DNA from: an uncultured Thermococci archaeon
Lineage (GTDB): Archaea; Methanobacteriota_B; Thermococci; Methanofastidiosales; B48-G16
DNA length: 64,000 nucleotides
Direction: 5' to 3'
NCBI GenBank assembly: GCA_964595645.1
Contig: CAZQQT010000009.1
Location: forward strand, 16,950-80,949
Every line of letters starts with the position of its first letter. Within the stretch, counting starts at the first letter, position 1. The notes below the pieces were generated by a model. It was given only the letters and a program-made list of their open reading frames with translations. It was not told where the DNA came from and searched no databases. Position numbers and translations under genes: made by a program. Of the stretch, positions 58,550-64,000 are shown piece by piece.

Positions 58550-60496
58550 ATGAAAAAAAAGAATGGTGTCTTCGTTTGCAAGTGCGGTGTAAACATTGCC
58601 GGTACTGTTGATGTCGACAAAGTTATTGAAGAAATCTCTAAGTATCCTACGGTGGAACACTGTGAAACGTACGATTATATGTGCTCTGAACCCGGACAAA
58701 AGAAAATTGAAGAAGCGATTAAAGAAAAGGGATTAACAGGCGTGATAGTGGCAGCTTGTTCTCCTTCTATGCACGAGGAAACGTTCAGAAACGTCACCGA
58801 GGATGCAGATTTGAACCCTTACCTCTGCGAAATCTCAAATATCAGAGAGCAGTGTAGTTGGGTTCATGAAGATAAAGACAAAGCTACTGAAAAAGCAATA
58901 CGCATTATAAAAGGCACTATCGAAAAAGTGAACAAGAATGAAGAACTTCATCCCATAAAAGTGCCTGTAACAAAAAGATGTCTCGTGATCGGTGCGGGAA
59001 TCAGCGGGATCCAAGCTGCATTGGATGTGGCAAATAACGGATACGAGGTGTATCTCATAGAGAAAAGCCCGTCCATCGGCGGTCATATGGCACAGTTATC
59101 GGAAACATTTCCCACTCTCGACTGTTCCCAGTGTATTCTCACGCCTAAAATGGTTGAAGTCTCACGACATCCCAATATTCATCTTTTAACATACAGTGAG
59201 GTCACGGACGTATCAGGATACGTTGGTAATTTCCACGTGAAAATACAGAAAAAACCGAGATACGTGACAGATGACTGTAACCTCTGTGGGGACTGTGTTG
59301 ATGTATGTCCGCAGATTACTGTAGACGAGTTTGACCGAGGTCTAACATTGAGGAAAGCCATTTACATTCCTTTTCCTCAGGCAGTACCTGCCAAGTACGT
59401 ACTCGATACCGATGCATGTTTAGGAATTAATCCGCTACGATGTGATAAATGTCAGGAGGCCTGTGATGTCGACGCGATCGATTTCGATATGCAGCCCGAA
59501 ACGCTTGAAGTAGATGTCGGATCGATCATTATGGCCACGGGTTACGATCTCTATCCTATCGAAGAGATACCCGAGTATGGGTATGGAAAGTATCAAGATG
59601 TCATTGATGGCCTCCAATTTGAACGGCTGCTCTCCCCTTCCGGCCCCACAAGGGGCGAAGTACGACGACCTTCCGACGGAAAGGTTCCGAAAAAAGTTGT
59701 ATTCATTCAGTGCGTTGGTTCACGGGATCCTGAGTGCCATCTTCCCTACTGCTCCAAGATTTGCTGTATGTACACAGGGAAACATGCGATGCTATACAAA
59801 CATAACGTCCCCGATGGAGAGGCGTATGTGTTTTACATGGACATCCGTGCCGCTGGAAAAGATTACGAAGAATTTATTCAGCGTGCCACAGATGAGGACC
59901 GCGTTATGTATATCCGGGGCAGAGTCTCCAAAATATTTAGAGAAGGAGATACAATAAAGGTCTGGGGTTCCGATACACTTTCTGGGAAAAAGATCGAAAT
60001 CGACGCTGATCTTGTAGTGCTCGCCACTGCTATTGTTCCGCGGGAAGAAACACTAGAACTCGCGAAAAAGCTCAGAATATCACTCGGACCAAACAACTTC
60101 TTAAAAGAGGCTCATCCAAAGTTAAAACCTGTAGAGACACTATCTGCCGGTGTCTTCCTCGGAGGAGCTGCACAGGCGCCCAAAGATATTCCCGACTCTG
60201 TTGCTCAAGGGGGTGGTGCGGGGAGCAAGGCAGCAGGAATCCTCTCGTCGGATGAATTGAGTCACGATCCAACTGTTATCGAAGTAGACGAAAACAAATG
60301 CAATGGATGCGGTATATGTGTCAACGTCTGTCCCTACGAAGCCCTTGAACTCAACGAAGAGAAGGGTGTCGTTGAGGTAAATGAAGTGTTATGTGAAGGA
60401 TGTGGTACCTGCTCTGCAGCCTGTCCCTCTGGAGCTACACAGCTAAGAAACCTTACCGATGCCCAGATTGCAAAGATACTAAAGGTGATGATGTGA
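58550..60496 (+). CDS. hdrA: HdrA-like heterodisulfide reductase subunit A (FAD, multiple Fe-S)
   Basis: 648 aa. VFVCKCGVNIAG N-terminus, GAGISGIQAAL FAD motif, IQCVGSRD...YCSKICC, C-terminal CNGCGICVNVCP/CEGCGTCSAACP. GGGTGAT SD 12 nt after the korG stop. Confidence 0.85.
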   Translation: MKKKNGVFVCKCGVNIAGTVDVDKVIEEISKYPTVEHCETYDYMCSEPGQKKIEEAIKEKGLTGVIVAACSPSMHEETFRNVTEDADLNPYLCEISNIREQCSWVHEDKDKATEKAIRIIKGTIEKVNKNEELHPIKVPVTKRCLVIGAGISGIQAALDVANNGYEVYLIEKSPSIGGHMAQLSETFPTLDCSQCILTPKMVEVSRHPNIHLLTYSEVTDVSGYVGNFHVKIQKKPRYVTDDCNLCGDCVDVCPQITVDEFDRGLTLRKAIYIPFPQAVPAKYVLDTDACLGINPLRCDKCQEACDVDAIDFDMQPETLEVDVGSIIMATGYDLYPIEEIPEYGYGKYQDVIDGLQFERLLSPSGPTRGEVRRPSDGKVPKKVVFIQCVGSRDPECHLPYCSKICCMYTGKHAMLYKHNVPDGEAYVFYMDIRAAGKDYEEFIQRATDEDRVMYIRGRVSKIFREGDTIKVWGSDTLSGKKIEIDADLVVLATAIVPREETLELAKKLRISLGPNNFLKEAHPKLKPVETLSAGVFLGGAAQAPKDIPDSVAQGGGAGSKAAGILSSDELSHDPTVIEVDENKCNGCGICVNVCPYEALELNEEKGVVEVNEVLCEGCGTCSAACPSGATQLRNLTDAQIAKILKVMM

Positions 60497-60918
60497 GTTT
60501 TGAACCGAAAATCGTTGCATTCCTCTGTAAATGGTGTTCCTATGCCGGTGCGGATCTGGCCGGTGTGAGCAGAATGAAGTACAGTCCCAACGTGATACCA
60601 ATCCGTGTGAACTGCTCAGGCAATGTCAATCCCTTATTTGTACTGAAGGCATTTAAAGAAGGCGCAGACGGCGTGCTCATCTCTGGATGTCATCCGGGAG
60701 AGTGCCATTATGTGAAAGGAAATATGTTTGCCCGGCGTCGGATGGTCGTGCTCAAAAACTTACTGGAATACATTGGTATCCATCCGGATCGACTGCATAT
60801 GTCCTGGGTATCCGCATCAGAGGGTTCGAAGTTCGTGGATGTAATCGAAGAAGTCACAAAAAGTGTCAGAGAACTAGGACCGCAAGAGAAACTCACGAAG
60901 GTGGGATTTGATGAGTGA
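60493..60918 (+). CDS. mvhD: MvhD/FlxD-like methyl-viologen-reducing hydrogenase delta subunit family protein
   Basis: GTG start overlapping the hdrA stop (GTGA). FEPKIVAFLCKWCSYAGADLAG...ISGCHPGECHY is the MvhD signature. Confidence 0.8.
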   Translation: MSFEPKIVAFLCKWCSYAGADLAGVSRMKYSPNVIPIRVNCSGNVNPLFVLKAFKEGADGVLISGCHPGECHYVKGNMFARRRMVVLKNLLEYIGIHPDRLHMSWVSASEGSKFVDVIEEVTKSVRELGPQEKLTKVGFDE

Positions 60919-61957
60919 TATTGAGAAAGAAATACGAGAAAAGGCGAAAAAACTCCTCGATGAAGAAAAAATCAAATACATCATTGGATACGAAGAAGGG
61001 AGTGACTCCTTCCACGTGTCGCCGTGTTTTGTGAAAAATCCCGATGACGTCGAGAAAATAGTATGGAATCCCCGTTGTGTGAATAACCTTGTTGTATACC
61101 TTATAGAAGACAAGAAAAAAACGCTGGAGAGAGGTGAAGAACGGGATACCTGCCCAATAGGGATTCTGGTGAAGGGATGCGACTCGCGCTCACTAGTACA
61201 GCTGATAAGCGAGCACAAAATAGATAGAGATGAAGTAGTAGTTTTTGGTATTCCCTGTAATGGTGTGTTAGATCCGAAAAAATTAGAGAAAATAGCGAAG
61301 CAAAAGAACATCCCCAGAGGAGCACTAGTTGAGATGAAAATTCACGAGGAAAATGGCACGTATGTTGGCGAATACAACGGTGAACGATACGAGTTCCCGA
61401 GAGAGGACGCGATCATGGAAAAATGCCGAGATTGTGCCTATCCAAATCCATTGATCGCAGATGAAATCTTCGGTGAGGAAATCGAGGCAGCGAAGAAAGA
61501 TTACACAGAGATCGAGGAGATGGAGGAACTCTCTGTTGAAGAACGGTGGGAGTTCTGGTCCAACCAGTTCTCCAAATGCATACGATGTTCCGCGTGTAAA
61601 AACGTGTGCCCAAGCTGCTACTGCAATGAATGTGCTGTTGATCCCATCAATCTTGTCATAGCCCCAGACACATCGTACAAAGAGAAGGCGGAAAAAATGA
61701 GATGGTCGGACAGGACCGTCGATCTCTCTGAAAATTTCCTGTTTCATCTCACGCGAATGATGCATATGGCAGGACGGTGTGTGGACTGTGGAGAGTGTGA
61801 ACGTGTGTGCCCCATGGACATACCACTTAGATTACTCACGAAAAAACTCGAAAAAGACGTGAAAAAGATGTTCAATTACGAGGCAGGGATAGATACCGAC
61901 GCAGAGCCACTTCTAACAACATTTGAGGAGGATGATCCTGATGAATTCATCAAATAA
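60911..61957 (+). CDS. Fe-S protein, FlxC/HydB-related
   Basis: About 348 aa. CIRCSACKNVCPSCYC and CVDCGECERVCP motifs. The ATG overlaps the mvhD end by 8 nt. Confidence 0.6.
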   Translation: MSDIEKEIREKAKKLLDEEKIKYIIGYEEGSDSFHVSPCFVKNPDDVEKIVWNPRCVNNLVVYLIEDKKKTLERGEERDTCPIGILVKGCDSRSLVQLISEHKIDRDEVVVFGIPCNGVLDPKKLEKIAKQKNIPRGALVEMKIHEENGTYVGEYNGERYEFPREDAIMEKCRDCAYPNPLIADEIFGEEIEAAKKDYTEIEEMEELSVEERWEFWSNQFSKCIRCSACKNVCPSCYCNECAVDPINLVIAPDTSYKEKAEKMRWSDRTVDLSENFLFHLTRMMHMAGRCVDCGECERVCPMDIPLRLLTKKLEKDVKKMFNYEAGIDTDAEPLLTTFEEDDPDEFIK

Positions 61958-62981
61958 TGTAAAAAAGAAACTCATGATCTCAAAGGAAAAAATAACACAG
62001 TTTCTAGAAGGGCTATCGGATTACACAATCTACGCGCCTCACAAAGATAATGACTCAGTTCTTTTCAAAGTAACAGAAGATATAGATAATATCACTTTTG
62101 AGTTCATGAACTCCGTGAAATCGCCAAAACACGTACTGCTGCCGCAGACCGAAACACTGCTCAGAGCCACCAACGAAGGAGAAGGTATGAAAGTAGAAGA
62201 GCCTGAGTTGGACGAAAAAAATATTGTGTTTGGTATACGGCCGTGCGATGCCAGAGCGATACGGATCTTGGAGGATGTGTTTTCTGGAGAGTATGATGAC
62301 CCCTACTATCTTACACGTCAGAAGAATACGATGCTCATAGGACTCGCCTGCAACGATCCTCATAGGAATTGTTTCTGCACCTCCGTCGACGGTGCGCCAA
62401 ACGCCACTGATGGACTGGATATGCTGTGGACGGATATCGGTGAGAAATACTACGTTGAAGTACTCACAGAAAAGGGGATGAACCTTATCAGTAGTAAGAT
62501 CTTTACTGACGCTTCTGAAGAAGACGTCCAAAAGAAGGAAAAGGTGCATGAAGAAGCCATTGAGAAAATAACAGAAAAACTCGATGCCAAAACAATGGCT
62601 GAGAATCTCAAAGAGCTTTTCGACGACGCATACTGGGAAAAGCAGGCGCTCAAATGCCTAAGCTGTGGCATCTGTACATATCTCTGTCCCACCTGTTACT
62701 GTTTCGACATCACCGATGTGGATTACGGGGGCAAGGTAAAGAGGGCGCGAACCTGGGACTCATGTCAGTTTCCGAGCTACACTATTCAAACCTCTGGCCA
62801 TAATCCTCGACCGAACAGATCAAACCGATTGAGAAACAGGATCTATCACAAATATCGATATCATATAGATAACTACGATGAACTCGGATGTGTAGGCTGC
62901 GGGCGATGTATTACGTACTGTCCAGCTGATATCAATTTAAAAACGATTATAAAAGAACTGGGAGGGAAGAAAGATGAATGA
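61941..62981 (+). CDS. Fe-S protein, FlxB / sulfhydrogenase beta (HydB) / AsrA-like
   Basis: CLSCGICTYLCPTCYCFD and CVGCGRCITYCP. GIRPCDARA N-terminal motif. The start is uncertain (61923-61941). Confidence 0.65.
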   Translation: MNSSNNVKKKLMISKEKITQFLEGLSDYTIYAPHKDNDSVLFKVTEDIDNITFEFMNSVKSPKHVLLPQTETLLRATNEGEGMKVEEPELDEKNIVFGIRPCDARAIRILEDVFSGEYDDPYYLTRQKNTMLIGLACNDPHRNCFCTSVDGAPNATDGLDMLWTDIGEKYYVEVLTEKGMNLISSKIFTDASEEDVQKKEKVHEEAIEKITEKLDAKTMAENLKELFDDAYWEKQALKCLSCGICTYLCPTCYCFDITDVDYGGKVKRARTWDSCQFPSYTIQTSGHNPRPNRSNRLRNRIYHKYRYHIDNYDELGCVGCGRCITYCPADINLKTIIKELGGKKDE

Positions 62982-63897
62982 AAACCCCTACAGACCGCAT
63001 AAAGCTGTAATCGAGGAAATAAGACAGGAAACAACAGGTTCACGTGCAATTAAAACATTTAAAGTTTCCTTTGTAGATAAAGAAGTAAAGAACAATTTTA
63101 CATTCAAATCAGGACAGGCAGCAATGCTCTCTCTCTTCGGAAAGGGAGAATCCATGATTTCAATCACCTCACCCCCCACGCGCGATGAGTATCTAGAGTT
63201 CAGTGTGATGCGCCAGGGAAAGGTCACTGCGGCGTTGCACGAGCTGGAAGAAGGAGATATCATTGGCATACGAGGACCCTACGGAAATCACTTCCCTCTA
63301 GAGGAATGGAAACAGAAAAATCTAATATTCATTGGGGGAGGAATCGGTCAGGCCCCCCTCCGTTCAGTATACTTAAATGTACTTGACAACAGGGAGGATT
63401 ACGGTGATTTAACCATCATTTACGGTGCGAGAACATCCGATGATCTCTCATATAAAGAAGAACTCTCAGAATTGGAGAAAAGAGATGATGTAAATCTGTA
63501 TCTCTCCGTTGACTGGAATACAGGGGAAGAGGGTCTTATTGACGAAGAAGCAGAGGAAGGATGGTATAAGATCAATATAGACAATCCTGAAAAGACAGAG
63601 TATTCAGAAGGCACTACTCGGTTCACCGGATTTGTCCCCCAGATTGTGATGGTCACCAAGCCCTCTCCAGAAAATACCATCGCGCTTACCTGTGGACCTC
63701 CCATCATGATCAAGTTTGTTGTTGAGAACCTCAAAAAACTAGGATTTGAGAGTGAACAGATATACACAACGCTAGAAATGCGTATGAAATGCGGTATAGG
63801 CAAGTGCGGTCGATGTAATATCGGCGATACGTACGTCTGTAAGGATGGTCCTGTGTTCTCGTACGCACAACTAGAGGAAATGCCAAATGAGTATTGA
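62974..63897 (+). CDS. FAD/NAD(P)H-binding oxidoreductase with C-terminal [2Fe-2S], FlxA / HydG / AsrB-like
   Basis: 307 aa. GQAAMLS...ISITS flavin-binding region, FIGGGIGQAPL nucleotide motif, CGIGKCGRCNIGDTYVCKDGPVF cluster motif. Confidence 0.75.
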   Translation: MNENPYRPHKAVIEEIRQETTGSRAIKTFKVSFVDKEVKNNFTFKSGQAAMLSLFGKGESMISITSPPTRDEYLEFSVMRQGKVTAALHELEEGDIIGIRGPYGNHFPLEEWKQKNLIFIGGGIGQAPLRSVYLNVLDNREDYGDLTIIYGARTSDDLSYKEELSELEKRDDVNLYLSVDWNTGEEGLIDEEAEEGWYKINIDNPEKTEYSEGTTRFTGFVPQIVMVTKPSPENTIALTCGPPIMIKFVVENLKKLGFESEQIYTTLEMRMKCGIGKCGRCNIGDTYVCKDGPVFSYAQLEEMPNEY

Positions 63898-63903
63898 AGA
63901 GGA

Positions 63904-64000
63904 ATGATCAAGATGAGCAACAGTATTATAATATCTGGAGAAAAAAAGAAGGACTTCATTAAAAAGGTGGAGGAGATCAGCGGACAGAATATTATGAAAT
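63904..64000 (+). CDS. partial ORF, possibly HdrC-like Fe-S subunit (N-terminus only)
   Basis: MIKMSNSIIISGEKKKDFIKKVEEISGQNIMK runs off the window. The context and the N-terminal style resemble HdrC, but the cysteine motifs are not yet reached. Confidence 0.3.
   Translation, partial: MIKMSNSIIISGEKKKDFIKKVEEISGQNIMK

Noticed and set aside
63420-63959. 179-aa minus-strand ORF at the window end
   Set aside because: It is antisense to the well-supported AsrB/HydG-like gene, and its composition is a Ser/Ile/Leu-rich shadow frame.

Overview
This is an archaeal (euryarchaeote-like) chromosomal segment of moderate G+C. GGTGAT/GGAGGT Shine-Dalgarno motifs are frequent, and ATGA/TAATG start-stop overlaps are very common. 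The core (23.4-41.3 kb, minus strand) is a complete archaeal ribosomal super-operon. Its first block is L3-L4-L23-L2-S19-L22-S3-L29-SUI1-Rpp29-S17-L14-L24-S4e-L5-S14-S8-L6-L32e-L19e-L18-S5-L30-L15-SecY-DUF106-L34e-Cmk-L14e-Cbf5. Its second block is tRNA-Ser-S13-S4-S11-RpoD-tRNA-Leu. The left flank (1-23.3 kb) holds housekeeping and accessory genes: an SSS symporter, NAPRTase, FolC, LeuRS, DUF72, MFS, TrkHA, two orphan sensor kinases, EamA, a small secreted/wHTH/membrane trio, an OCD-family enzyme, an aminotransferase, a frameshifted GNAT, and an 825-aa PKD/cadherin-like secreted protein carrying a perfect 291-bp tandem duplication. The right flank holds a membrane-anchored multi-FKBP, a compact operon of an HTH_10 regulator, a TrmO-FmdE fusion, a radical SAM enzyme and a zinc-ribbon SAM methyltransferase, then PurA and the Dph2-Csl4-RpoL block. 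It continues with a 1298-aa repeat-domain surface protein coupled to an unannotated 46-aa RHH gene, and an Lrp-like regulator. It ends with a translationally coupled string of at least 9 genes that joins a four-subunit 2-oxoacid:ferredoxin oxidoreductase to an HdrA-MvhD-FlxC/B/A-like (electron-bifurcation type) module. No CRISPR array, transposase, integrase or recognizable defense genes were seen. The best candidates for new biology are the three-SAM-enzyme operon, the Kor-Hdr/Flx super-operon, the rpoD/tRNA-Leu overlap, and the surface-protein loci (duplication, C10 tract at the promoter, RHH coupling). All functional calls rest on reading the translations by eye. No database search was run.
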